From Oopsacas minuta (Eukaryota > Animalia > Porifera), in assembly GCA_024704765.1 (NCBI GenBank), contig JAKMXF010000033.1, positions 310,001 through 374,000 of the forward strand: DNA of 64,000 nt, given 5' to 3'. Both the position numbers and the translations under genes were made by a program. The notes under the pieces were generated by a model. It made no database searches. It saw only the letters and a program-made list of their open reading frames with translations, and was not told the DNA's origin. Below are positions 23,701 to 35,001 of the stretch, piece after piece. Within the stretch, counting starts at the first letter, position 1. Each line of letters starts with the position of its first letter.

Positions 23701-25471
23701 CACTACTTTGAATACCTAATATTCCAACTACAAATACACGTTTATTCTCACCAATAAGTTTACTTAACTCTTTTATAACAGCTGATACCCATATGAGAGA
23801 GACATGTGAAACAGCACCGTCTAGGAGCTCGAAGGAATGTCCAGAGATTATAAGTTTAGCAGCAAATATTGCCAGATCAGCTACATTGAAATTAAGTATT
23901 TTAGTGATGTCATCTCGTTTCAGTCTAGCATTAATAAAACTCTCGTAAACTTGTCCAAGCTCTCGCATAACATGTTCTACACCTAGCGAATCAGTATAAG
24001 TAACTAATGCGTATTCGAGGGAGAGGCAATCTAAACTGGTTTGTAAAATACGCCATAGGAACGTTAGACTATCACTGTTATGTATATTTGCTTTTATCAT
24101 AGTTAGCACTGTGAGTATAAACTCATTTTGTATTATAGGACCCAGCAAATATGAAATCTGTTCTTCACGAGCTAGATTTAAGTGTTTTCTCAGATCTCTC
24201 AGTATCTGTTCACGTTTCTCAATATCCAGACTAGTATTCGACTTTATACACGATTGTCTACGTACTGCCTTAGAACGGTTTTCCCATGGCTTAAGTTGAA
24301 GAGGTAATACTATAGATTTAGCGTAGGCTAGATCTAACGGAGTGGTTTCATTTGTACGAAATATTTGGTGAAACTTTTCCTGAAAACCTTGCATCAGTTT
24401 AATATCTTCACTTTCATCGTCTGCGTCCATTTGGTGTTTAAGAGCTACGGACTTACATTTGTAAAGGGAAATCTTTGTAATATCAGGATGTTTCCCTAAA
24501 ATTCCATTTATACTAGCAGTTATTTCTCTAGGGATACTCGTTAGGTTCTGTTTAGCAATGAAATACCAATTCTTATCTTGCTGTTCAGTGAGGGGTCTAT
24601 AGTTAGCTATACTCTTAGTTTTACAATCCATTATTACCAAACAAGTCTTGTGTTTGTGGGTGTTGAGAATTGTTTGAATTTCTGTTTGATTTGTCGTTGA
24701 TAAATTAATGAAGATATAAACTAGAGAAGATACGTCTAAGATGAAATTTAATTGTTTTCTGTGTTCTAGAGCATCGCCTCGGAGATTAAGGAACATGAGC
24801 GGTTCATGGAAACACTCCGGGGGACTATTCCGAGGTAGAAACCAATTCATTTCAATGAGTCCGTCACAAAGTACTCGGCTGGTGGAGCTACCTTTAGTTA
24901 CATGAGAAATGAAACAACCATTCAATCCTAAAATATCATTGATTGAAACAGATTTATAACTCATATGACATGGACCAATGCGAATAAATGAAATAAAATA
25001 TATTTCTTCTGTGAAGATAGGGATTATCTTCGCTTTCCCTTCTGGAGTAAAATAGCTCTGAGACATTATAGAATGGTATGGGATAGAGAAGAAAGTTGGA
25101 TTCTTAGTGCGGGGGTTTGAAACTACAAGAGGTAATGATAGTTGGCACTTTGTCGCTTGTGTTATGAAAATAGGCCTAAATATGTAATTGCATTCTAGGA
25201 AAAGTTTGATGAAAATATCCATAGAATTGATATCACATAATTCATCAGAATCTTCACTCAATAAAATTTCAATCGAAACATTTCTACTTTTCTGGTCTAA
25301 CCCTAATATTTTGTCTAACATCTCTTCAGCGTAATCTGACAAACTCTTGTCTCCTTCCGAGTGATCATGTTTTCTTTCCAAATCTTTCAATTTCCTTTTT
25401 ATTCTAGTGCAATGGGAGAAGCTATAATGCTCTGTTTGTAGCTGAATATGTTCAAGTTCAAATTCGGTCAT
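20735..25471 (-). CDS. Very large inducible GTPase (GVIN1/URGCP family)
   Basis: Intronless 1578-aa ORF with G1 GIQSSGKSTLLN, GRCTRG, G3 LDTEG, LGVEHVMRELGQVYE, DNELATFVVGLSD and C-terminal CPFCREPC...HRPKG. Confidence 0.9.
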   Translation of the reverse strand: MTEFELEHIQLQTEHYSFSHCTRIKRKLKDLERKHDHSEGDKSLSDYAEEMLDKILGLDQKSRNVSIEILLSEDSDELCDINSMDIFIKLFLECNYIFRPIFITQATKCQLSLPLVVSNPRTKNPTFFSIPYHSIMSQSYFTPEGKAKIIPIFTEEIYFISFIRIGPCHMSYKSVSINDILGLNGCFISHVTKGSSTSRVLCDGLIEMNWFLPRNSPPECFHEPLMFLNLRGDALEHRKQLNFILDVSSLVYIFINLSTTNQTEIQTILNTHKHKTCLVIMDCKTKSIANYRPLTEQQDKNWYFIAKQNLTSIPREITASINGILGKHPDITKISLYKCKSVALKHQMDADDESEDIKLMQGFQEKFHQIFRTNETTPLDLAYAKSIVLPLQLKPWENRSKAVRRQSCIKSNTSLDIEKREQILRDLRKHLNLAREEQISYLLGPIIQNEFILTVLTMIKANIHNSDSLTFLWRILQTSLDCLSLEYALVTYTDSLGVEHVMRELGQVYESFINARLKRDDITKILNFNVADLAIFAAKLIISGHSFELLDGAVSHVSLIWVSAVIKELSKLIGENKRVFVVGILGIQSSGKSTLLNTMFGLQFPVRTGRCTRGIFMQMIAVDRDSELGYDYLLVLDTEGLNAPELIGIVPDHHDNELATFVVGLSDLTIVNLLGENESKFKDILQITVLALIRMQLAYAKPKCIFVHQNVADLAAKHCMTEGRQRLINLLDENTQIAAEQEGFTRYKRFSDVIDYDINDDTYYLPCLFSVQPPMSIVCSEYSKQAEVLRNKITHQYSQQFNLFLNLSDWSKKLKHIWNALLTHNFVLGYKNILELCASIEFDEVLNKWAVYFDTELINLLNQAKDDITNANSIDIQSVYLASKHLLDVACTAKAKDEQAETLNYLFNKSTNREIFSDWKERADEFFTLARQRKRARMFEKIEHHVILRREALSIDERFFQIRDEILQKAKDDMISINAKDDWSKPIQHLENLFEDHWNGWDATLTKECEKSFPIDIKTDLQYTLRNFSCFKTLELSEDQRERLIRDASSFAKLETLNFQLGSNHYTVFNSSTKEIIPTNCTFIDYYDYVSHYKTKQNIERNDLLQDRITTFIEFVSMWCNKFLFSLSKSDPYSINSFNNLIEIILNQIEEFNEKERNNVALQIILKDLFMFEFCLYHCCKALPQLEKLHQTFVSQANTKSQLQNLKNDLQPIFLGVCQGVQMEISCAKALAEIVFQKMNYFLENKLGADVIHFFQNDVANFDTFKRRSSLQIQVLKDLARNRNFQMYISYISDPVNYIRKWIEVRFTTYCSNEERHKEFKVQSLEPSIAKLKEFYKRSLSDSVNTSKIDWKNIFFEKIKSHTKELRKNDFNILEVYQNPIQNTQEFVEYFLQSFENMCTPCNWLRWIKGTMSMKLYSNTKYLIKLLIRCQSLCPFCREPCILSSHGHKHYCGSLHRPKGLAGYYHQTSYTFSVRECTQSMNTDDTIVYNNGSYKYTDYALINEDFASWNILGEDAIDSKYWQWVFYTFRYEFIEHYKYKYNPAIENWSYLTDEDVLSNLDMHNENFLNKTGGFSESF

Positions 25472-26372
25472 ATATCTAATTCAATAACACTATACGTAAA
25501 AGTTTGGCAAGCACACTGACTCCAAGAAAAGTGACTATCCTTCAAAACGATCACTTCCAGTTGTCAATTTGGCAACTAAGTAATAGAATACACATAGATT
25601 ATATATTATTAAAGGGTTGTCTACGGAAGTAATAGAACCACTTGTAATATAATCAACACAGCTATAGGAAAGATATAGTTGTAAATGATCCAAACCACAT
25701 AGCGAACTAAAGGTACTTAATTGGTTAGAACATCCAATATTATATCAAAAAAATGTGATATGGGGCCCTACACGCAGGAGATGTCATTACACTAGGAAAG
25801 GAAGCAGTTTAAAATCAACAGTGAATGACTTCCTGTTGACCAGATCATAATTGCTCTTAGTAACCATGATTTATGTCCTTCGATGCAATTTAATGTTAGC
25901 CTCATCTCAGAATCGATAAGAAAACCTTCCATGTAGAAATAATATAGCGTACAAACTCAAATTAGCTCTAAATAAGTTGTGTCATTTATTAATAAGATTA
26001 GTGTGTCTGTGAATTTAGATATATTTAATAATGAACTGTTTGAGGGACATTGAAACTATGATATAGTAATACATGAGCATAGCATTTATGTATTTCTTCA
26101 ATGTTAGATAATGTTTGGTACAAAATTATCAGATTTTTACATGATAAAGCATGTTTTAGGTGTCTAGTTTGTTAAACTGCAGAGGAACGCTGTTACAAAT
26201 GACTTTGATATAAATAATATTGCGTTTAGATTGCTTAAGAATCAAGTTCATTATTGAAGTACATTTACAAGTACTAATCACATGACAGTAAAGGAAATTA
26301 AAGAACGCGTGTGACAGACAACTACCCACTATATCGTGATATCAAATTCACAAACAAATGACACTACACCTA

Positions 26373-26525
26373 CAGTCAACTCCGTTACATCAAACTTATG
26401 GAAATACCAGATTATATCGAAGTGTTAAATCGTACAAATATGAATTCAAAGTAATATATATTTATCGGTTATATCAAAGTGATTATCGCGGGTCCCTTGA
26501 GCTTCGAAGTAACGGAGGTTGACTG
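26373..26525. mobile_element. MITE family A (reverse orientation)
   Basis: TA|CAGTCAACTCCGTTAC ... CTTCGAAGTAACGGAGGTTGACTG|TA. Confidence 0.85.
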
Positions 26526-27068
26526 TATATACTTTAGCACAAGCATTACGATGTTCTGTGAATGTACTTTGCAATTGTATCTGCAGAGGCTATTATTAAT
26601 AGATGTAATTATCATATTTCAATTAGAACTTTTCGTAGAATTATTTAAGATAATGAACAAACAAGCCATGATTAAAAATTAATATAGCTAATATAATTAA
26701 TAGTTAAGATTTGTGTAAACAAGTTCGTGGAATATTATATTCCCTAAATAAATAATTAACACCTGCATTAATCATATATTCCTTCAAATTACAATATTAC
26801 CAATTCTTGTCTACTCAACCAAATTGTCATTACACCTTGATACAATTAATACTCGTAATTTCATATTTTCACATGAAGACACCTATTAATGAGATTATAG
26901 TTCATCCAGGAAAATAATCTTTTGGGTAAACAGGTCATAGCTAGATTGTCTGGCCGCCCAAGTGGGTAGGGCGTAGAGAGGACTATGAGAATGCACTAAT
27001 GTAATGTAATACGTTAGCAATCTATTACGAAGATATGGAGTGGTCGTTTGAAACGCATATGTACCAAG

Positions 27069-27071
<3 letters not shown>

Positions 27072-27107
<36 letters not shown>

Positions 27108-27134
27108 AATTAATATATATATATATATATATAT
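27072..27134. repeat. Compound (TG)n/(TA)n microsatellite
   Basis: About 16 TG units followed by a TA run. Confidence 0.95.
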
Positions 27135-27841
27135 GCCATGTTGAAAGATAGAGACAGAAATCGAAATACGTTGATTGACACGGATGGTATACTGACTCAA
27201 TATGCTTCAATTACATCAATTTTCATGCAAATGGACCCGGAGATGCGGAGGATCAAATCTTGGAGGCACAATCTCCCCCTTGGGGAGGTTCCACTGTATT
27301 TCAAAAGACACAAAGTAACACTACTATAGTCGGCAAAAACGAGTTCGTGTTTGTATGAGATAATCGAAGTAAATACTGATAGAAATTCAATATATATACA
27401 TATAGCAGTGTGATTTGTCTAGTTTGTATCGCATAGATTGTTTCTCAGTACAGATTCATGAACATTCTATTCACACAGACAAATTAACAAGCCGGAGACA
27501 TGATAGAATGAATTTATGGATTTGGATTAAATCGAGAAGATTAAGATTACAATAACATAACAAGTAGGATCAACATACCATCCAAAATACATTTAGCTTG
27601 TTGGTACGGGGAATTATAAGAAATGTTCCCTATTGAATATATGATTGCTTCTCGCATGCATGCTCACAACATGTGGTAATTGCAATGTCACAATAATTAT
27701 AACCTCTGCAAAGAACACAAGCATTTTTCATGTAGTACTAGTGCTAGTATATAAGAAAGCAATTTCAGGATACACTTAACTTGAATAGAAGCAACTTTGG
27801 TCTTAGAGGAAATACAAGTTACGAATAATAATATTTAGCAA

Positions 27842-28156
27842 ATGGCATACTATGAACCAGCACCATTCACAGAACAAGAAATAGTCTATCTTGATATAAA
27901 AGAGCTGAATAAGAAAATCAAACAAAAGAGATTATGTGAGGACGAAATAAAAGAAATAAAATCTATTAGAAGGAAACGAAGATTGAAGAGCTACGATTTA
28001 AACCGCAATCGCAGAGGAAAAGCACTTTTACAATCGCTCGAAACGGAAAGAGATTCGTTACAAGAAGAATACGAAAATCTAATGATAGAAGTGGAACAAC
28101 TCCACGATAGTAAAATGAAATTAGAATTATTATCACTACTTGATAACTATAGTTAA
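27842..28156 (+). CDS. Small Maf/CNC-like bZIP protein with an atypical basic region, copy 1
   Basis: 104 aa: extended-homology-like FTEQEIVYLDIKELNKKI, basic IRRKRRLKSY, and leucine heptads LETERDSLQEEYENLMIEVEQL. Confidence 0.8.
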   Translation: MAYYEPAPFTEQEIVYLDIKELNKKIKQKRLCEDEIKEIKSIRRKRRLKSYDLNRNRRGKALLQSLETERDSLQEEYENLMIEVEQLHDSKMKLELLSLLDNYS

Positions 28157-28498
28157 GACGGCGAGTATTAACAACATATATGACAGAATTTCGAAACACT
28201 GCAGCCCAGATATACAGTAGAATGTGCAATTGAGCTGTGGTGGATCGCACTCTCTGGCCTTTAATTATTTTCCAAAAACTGCTGTAAATTTGTAGTATTG
28301 CATACATAAAATGATTATATTGCTCCATTTTATAGAATTTATTCAAAATGTAAAATTAGCACTCGTAACTGTAAAACTTACTCATGAAAGTTTGCGACTG
28401 CCAAAACCGGTCAAACTAATCGCAGCATGGGTTGGATGGAGCACAATTAGTTGATACAGTATTCCAGAGAATTTGCAAGTAAATTCAGAATGTGATTA

Positions 28499-28980
28499 CA
28501 GCGGAAGCCGCTTAATCGGGACAACTCGGGAGTCAATGTTTTGTCCCGATTAACCGATTATGTAATATTTAAGTATTCAAAACTAGTTCCATGGACTCAA
28601 GTCATAACCAGAAATATCTTAGTACACAACTACTAATCCTGATTATATAGGGAGTGAGCAGAGTCAAGAATCTTAGTTTGTAAATTGCAATTGTATTGGT
28701 GTTGTATTATTATGGTTGTAGAATATTTAAATTCCTAGTTTTAAAAACAAACCATATTACAATGACTCTGAATAAATATACTATTGTTTCATTGGGATGA
28801 AATTCCAATTAAGCGAATATAAAGTTCATAATCGGTTAATCGGGATTTTTTATCCCAATTAACCGATTTGAGGTCCTAATTATCCGGTGATTTTTCTATG
28901 TCAAAAAACTGTTCCCAAATCATTGTCCCGTTTAAGCGGATATTCCGATTATCCGAGTCCCGATTAAGCGGCTTCCACTG
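28499..28980. mobile_element. Non-autonomous Tc1/mariner-pogo element, 482 bp
   Basis: 24-bp TIR CAG(C/T)GGAAGCCGCTTAATCGGGAC with 1 mismatch, TA on both sides, and subterminal CCGATTAA-like repeats. Confidence 0.92.
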
Positions 28981-30447
28981 TACTACTATGTGCTGAATTT
29001 GAGATTGTAGCATAAGCTATTAGAATCTACTTATTGAACTTATCATCTAAGAAGATATACATAACTTCAAACCTATAATTGTTCATGTAAACAAACTAAT
29101 TCCAACAGTATGTTGCAATATAGATAAGACCGGGGATTTTTATAATATCAGGATTGGATGATCCAATTAAGTGTTTAATACTAGCTAATATACTGACAGT
29201 AGATCAGTTTATTGGAGATACTTTTCTAAATTTTCAATCATGAATACAATGGGTATAGCTTATAAGAACATTTATGATAGAACAAATTTTGCTACTTTCA
29301 AGGGTGTTCTAATAAGCGATAACCTTAATTTGGACGAATTGAACATATTTGAATTTAAGCAGGCTATGAGTTACATCCATGGTATCGCTTCCAAAACCAA
29401 ATACACAACTATAAATGACATAAAACACGGTGCAAACACAGATTTTTGTTACTCAAGGATTCTAGCAAATACTGCTTATTTGTTAACAATATATTAATCT
29501 ATTATAATATTCTAAAAATAATGCAAATGTATCAAACTGAGTGTAGCTTTGTAATCGTTGTAACAATTATGTAATTCGCATCTTAGACTACACATAATTG
29601 CTGAGTGATCTCTCCATGATTTAGTAGCAATCATTTGATTGAAATATCCACAAAATCATAATTTGATCATAATTGCAATACTGTGTGGTAACGAGCTATG
29701 ATGTATATTGAACATTCACCGTTTATTTAACAGGTAATACTGATATGCGTGATATTCTGCGATGATAGTTTATTGAGACAAACACAAACTGCTTAGGGAA
29801 CGCCAATACGTTAGAGGAAGGGGCTGATAGATAATATTTCATGTTATCGTCATCACATGGGTAAAGACAAAGATTTTTAAGAATATATTATCTGCTTAAT
29901 ATGATTAACAAGTGTTAGAAATTTATTAAGAAGATCGGATTGCAATAACATGAAGTAAGAAGGATATATTAATTAGTTAGATTTGGGGTCAGGAATTAAT
30001 TTAAACAATACATGAACAAGGTGGTGAAAGCCTTGTCAGACGATTGACGTACGCTCAGTTCCTCTTCAAGGTTAATTTGAGCATTTATGACATTTCAACG
30101 GCTGCTAAACCTGGACACAGCCTGTCTGGTGAAGGCAAATACGTGAATACAATATGGCAGTGAATGAAGTTTAAATATATATATATCAAAGAAGAGAGAA
30201 TTGAATAATCTATGCTTGGGTAGACTAATCTTCTCGAGCGATATTAGGAAAGTGTTACAATTTACATATAAGCATTATTCATATTATGCGAATAATAGTT
30301 CGAAGAATTAGGAGAGCAAGAATTGTGTCGACGAGATAGCTAATTCATAAAATTAAAGATACAGTGCGATAAATTAATTAGAAATGTTAAGAGAGATTAG
30401 AGATCACTCAATATATTTTAATATACTTAGAAAATACGTAGATTACA

Positions 30448-30573
30448 TAGCCAACTCCTGTTATATCAAAGCTTCAGAAACAGCGATAATTCGTTATTCG
30501 ATATAACCGATGAAACGTAGGTGTGGAACCACATTTGTATAATTTGACGCTTTGATATGATGGGAGTTGACTG
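30448..30573. mobile_element. MITE family A
   Basis: TAGCCAACTCCTGTTATATCAAAG ... GATATGATGGGAGTTGACTG|TA. Confidence 0.8.
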
Positions 30574-30813
30574 TAAATGTATATTTAGAATTTTTTGATA
30601 CGCAGGGAATTGGTCACAATAAAATATTGAAACTAATCTTGTATTGAGCACACATATACCAACAAGATACTGAATTGGAAATGGGTGTAATGAGAGCAGA
30701 AATATTCAAACAACATTCTAATGATGCGACGAGCCAAAGGCTCGTATTAGTTAAAATCTCAACAAAACATGTATCTTAGAGGAATTCGAGTTACTATCTA
30801 CACTTAGTTACAC

Positions 30814-30880
30814 TTCGGGTTCTTGTCGGGTTCGGGTCGGGTCGGGTCGGTTTCTGAAAAGTGGACCCAATTCCAACTCT
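30814..30880. mobile_element. DNA transposon end fragment (hAT-like), with a second copy at 31378-31406
   Basis: Tandem CGGGT(T/C) subterminal units followed by ATTCCAACTCT; 31378-31406 reads GAACCCGAACCCGATTCCAACTCTAG. The superfamily assignment is inference. Confidence 0.4.
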
Positions 30881-31964
30881 GGTCTGTGCTGCTATGTTGT
30901 TTAGCTTGCGCATCGAGGTATCCATTATTCTTCAAATTGACGGCCCCTTTGAGTATTTTAACATAGATATATTAAGAACAATGTAATTCACAAATATACA
31001 TATATGGTACATATGTTACTGAATTATTTTGTAAGATCAACCCCCTTTGTAGCCGTTGAGAGCAAGTATCTACGTAAGACTTTGAGATTTTGGTGATTAG
31101 TTTACTTTATATTCATAAAAACAACAATAAATTTACATATGATTAATCCAAAAGTGCGAAAATCAGACTCAGCATGTTCGATATGTTTAGTAAAGTTGTA
31201 TTGAAATATATTTACTTTCTTGATAAACACAATAAATATATAGTTATGCGACAATCTCAAAATTGGATACCGGAAATCCTTTCCTTGACAACGGACAAAC
31301 AACAATTAAGATTTGATAATATAGATTCGTCAAACATTGAATGTAAAAAATCACGCACAAAGTTCGAACTGATCAACTTCGAACCCGAACCCGATTCCAA
31401 CTCTAGCATAGACACAACTTTATACAATATGCAACTAGATTCATTGGAAATTTGCAGAAATATTCTTATGTAGCGTCAGGGAACTCAAGGAGATAATATT
31501 ATATTAACAAATATGTTAATTATGTTACAGGTTAGAAATAGTTACAATACAATTATTGTAATCAATTGGGGAGTAATGTCTATGGAAACCTACATTGGGA
31601 ATAACTACAAGCTACTAACTAATTACTATGTTGCAGTTAGAGTGCGTTACCAATCAAAACATGTTTGATAAAGAATTATGCACGATGCAAGTTGTTCTAT
31701 GGAACTAGGAATATGTTAAATTTCCTGCAGCAATGTTGTGTGGATTGTGGATTCATGGGATATGTAGAAGTTTGTATAAAAAGACATTTGCAATATATAT
31801 ATATATATATACACACTGTAATTTGCATTGGCATGAAACAGGAATAAATAACATTGAATTGAAATAAAATAGACACTAAACTGACTGGGTAGTGGTATTG
31901 GAATAACACCATGGATAATTGAATAAACCATATAAATGAGTGGGGTAAAATTATTTAGGAAAGC

Positions 31965-31969
31965 AAAAA
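31965..31969 (-). terminator. RNA polymerase III terminator (T5) for the tRNA
   Basis: TTTTT on the minus strand begins 5 nt after the tRNA discriminator base. Confidence 0.7.
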
Positions 31970-31973
31970 GGAC

Positions 31974-32045
31974 TAGCAGAGAGTGGTTTCGATCCACCGA
32001 CCTCTGGGTTATGGGCCCAGCACGCTTCCCCTGCGCCACTCTGCT
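31974..32045 (-). tRNA. Initiator tRNA-Met (CAT)
   Basis: AGCAGAGTGGCGCAGGGGAAGCGTGCTGGGCCCATAACCCAGAGGTCGGTGGATCGAAACCACTCTCTGCTA: A1-U72 pair, CAT anticodon, GGG/CCC anticodon stem and ATCGAAA T-loop, all eukaryotic initiator hallmarks. Confidence 0.98.
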
Positions 32046-33002
32046 TATGAGAGAAAATACTGAAATTACATATACATATTTAGAATAAATTTAACTTCAA
32101 ATTGGTCACATTTGTATATCTTTTGAGAAAATAACAACAACTTATTCAATAATTGTGAACAGAATTGAATTCTTGGTCCATCTTATTTCCATGCAAAATT
32201 GTAAATGGTATTGAGATAGATTAGGTGTATCCATAGTAATAAGGGGAATAAAGTATTTGGCATGGATAATAGTAGATCAAATAATGCAAAATAGACGAAT
32301 TGCTATTTTCTTAGCTAATATCTAGCGGAAAGCAATATTTGACAAATATTACAATACAAACTGACTGTATAGGGCAGAATAACGTTCCCAGACTTGTAAA
32401 TAAAATACTATCCCTACCCTATTGAAGATTTTTTGATGAAATATAAAGACCAAATTAGGATAATCACCTAAGTATTGTCAAAATCGAACAAATTATTCAG
32501 AAAACAAAGCCAGAGCAGTAACACGATTATTAAAATCAATTAACAAATTGCAATAAACCATTCAAGCAAGTCTAATACAAAAACTAGTGTTAGTATGCTG
32601 GAGATTAGCAAGAAAAATACATTCAAATTTATGGGTTATCCGTTGCCATACTGGTCTGTGTTAATTAAATAAATAAATAATAATGTCTGCACCAATAAAG
32701 TGTAGTTAATTCAATTAATGACATAGACAATATCTTAGTGATAAATACTAGAAAGATAGGTGAGTAGTGGAAGTGGAGTAAAATCTTAATCGATAGAATG
32801 ATAAAGAATTGATAACAGAAAAGTATGTAAACTAATTGGGGGCGAGAATTGTGAAATGGATTAGTCTCAAAACATCAACAATTTTCAGTTCAAAGCAATT
32901 ACATACGATCTGCTCATATGCAACCAGAAAGTGGAACTTGAATATCTGTGCAAAACCAATAGCATTTTATTATGCCACTAGATAATCAGGTAGCAATAAT
33001 TA

Positions 33003-33479
33003 TTGATCACAATTAAATGGAAACAAGAAGAACGTCCTGGAGCTATAAATAGTGGAAAAATGCAAAATAATCCACATACTTCTGAAACAATAGAAATCTC
33101 AATCGTAAACATGACGACAACAGTCAGTGAGTTTTATTATTCAAACCAACAGTCTCCACTAGAATTGGATGGAAAAATTTCCAAATCCGAGGTAATTGAC
33201 CTAGACATTAAAACGCTGAATAGAAAAATCAGGGATACACAAATGACTAAGGAGGAGGCCAAGCTTATGAAAGTCATACGGCGGAAACAAAAAATGAAAG
33301 AATATGGGGTAATTAACCGCAAAAAAGAGAAAGTATTAATCCTAACCCTAGAGGAGGAGAGGAACGAACTTTTCAGAGAATACGGTTCTATTCGACGAGA
33401 AATAGAAGATCTCAAGACCCAAAAAGCACAATTGGAAATAATGGGTATTTTAGATAACCTAGAAGAACATAATTACTAG
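33003..33479 (+). CDS. Small Maf/CNC-like bZIP protein with an atypical basic region, copy 2
   Basis: SEVIDLDIKTLNRKI, IRRKQKMKEY and leucine heptads; ends LEIMGILDN like LELLSLLDN of copy 1. The track start is TTG, so the real start is probably ATG 33060 or 33111 (TATAAAT at 33044). Confidence 0.78.
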   Translation: MITIKWKQEERPGAINSGKMQNNPHTSETIEISIVNMTTTVSEFYYSNQQSPLELDGKISKSEVIDLDIKTLNRKIRDTQMTKEEAKLMKVIRRKQKMKEYGVINRKKEKVLILTLEEERNELFREYGSIRREIEDLKTQKAQLEIMGILDNLEEHNY

Positions 33480-33684
33480 TCATAACTTTAGTCAACAGCT
33501 TCAGAGAGCTATTTTGAATGCCTCCCCTGAATTTGATGAATTGAAAATTTGCTAACTACCGCTATTGAATAATTAGTTTAAGACGCAATGTAAATAATCC
33601 AAACTTTAATGTATTTATTCTATGTATAATTTGCAAAATTTTAATTAAATATTTCGCCAAATATTTGCTCAATTCGATTGCCTT

Positions 33685-33715
33685 GGGGGAGGGGGAGGGG
33701 GAGGGGGAGAGGGGG
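33685..33715 (+). repeat. (GGGGGA)n G-tract, potential G-quadruplex
   Basis: Five runs of five G separated by 1-3 nt in AT-rich DNA. Confidence 0.8.
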
Positions 33716-34576
33716 TGAAAACGTATGTTTAAAATCCATCAAATTTATTCTATGAGACAGAGCAGGGATAATTAGCATATGCTATTAATACAGCTGATCG
33801 TAACGCTTTCCTTATACCTTTCATCAACATTGAATACGTCGATCATGGAATATTTTCACTTAAAATTCATCTTCTGTATTCTACTAAAGCAAATACATTG
33901 CATTAAGTACCGTATTTGACCCTTCTGGATACATTACTCCCTGTTATTGTTCGAATTATCTAGAGGGAAGATTTCCTACATATCTATAGAACTCAGTTCG
34001 TTGATAATCCCCTATCATACCAATGTTTTTGTCTGTAAGGAATCAAGCTAGGACCGATCGCTCCGAATTGACGTTCATCGCCAGACGTATTGTCCTAGAA
34101 TGTCTAGATATATAATATAATGATTAGAGCAATCTAGTGGTTGAATCAATGACACTTACAACAACAACAGGTTACTCAATAAGCACTCAATAATTATGAT
34201 ATACAACCTCAGATAATCACAATAGAATAATTAAATAATCTAATTAAGAACTAGAATTGAAACTAATGGAGTCATGGGAATGTTGTGATGATAACTTGTT
34301 CATTAACAACCACAATTAAGAGTTAAATATGTCAAATCTTTAGAGAATGATATAGGATAGGGTTTTTCCGGGCCGGCACCGCCTTATCTTGCAGGGGGTC
34401 TCCTTAGATGGCACGTTTTTGGACGGTAACATATTAATCCTATGCTAATTTGAGAGCCCACGGTCCTGCTGAACTGGTACATGATGTAGGAGACGTGAGA
34501 CTTGTGGTTTCGACCATGGAGAGAGTAGGGAGAAAACGCAAATAGACATGGAAACACCATAACTGGCAACTACATA

Positions 34577-34741
34577 TAGTCAACTCCTGTTAGTATCGAA
34601 CAGGGGTATCTTGAAATACCCGCTTGTATCGAAGTCTGGAATTATACAAATATGGTCCCAAACCATCAAGGTAACATACAATTCATTGGTTATATCGAAT
34701 TATCGCGGTACCTTGAGCTTCGGCGTAACGGAAGTTGACTG
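34577..34741. mobile_element. MITE family A (reverse orientation)
   Basis: TAGTCAACTCCTGTTAGTATCGAAC ... GTAACGGAAGTTGACTG|TA. Confidence 0.85.
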
Positions 34742-35001
34742 TACATAACATATGTAATGAGCACGAGAAATACAATTAATTGACTGATTACTATTTCATG
34801 AAAATCTCAGAATTAAAGTTTAAAATATTGAAAATAATTGTATTATTAATAATTTCTATCAAGTAATATAAGTCAGGATTATCAATGTAGAAGCATTAAA
34901 ATAAATCTGTACACACAACTTTGAATAACGTTAAAGACCTCAAAAAAATTTGCAAAATACACAAATTCAAACCAAAATTATAAAATACAAAATATACAAC
35001 A

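Noticed and set aside
29240-29497. 85-aa ORF (MNTMGIAYKNIYDRTNF...)
   Set aside because: No recognisable domain or supporting splice context; could be a relic, but a database search would be needed.
34360-34570. GC-richer segment with a 61-aa ORF
   Set aside because: Probably a retroelement scrap; no RT, endonuclease or other motif could be read.
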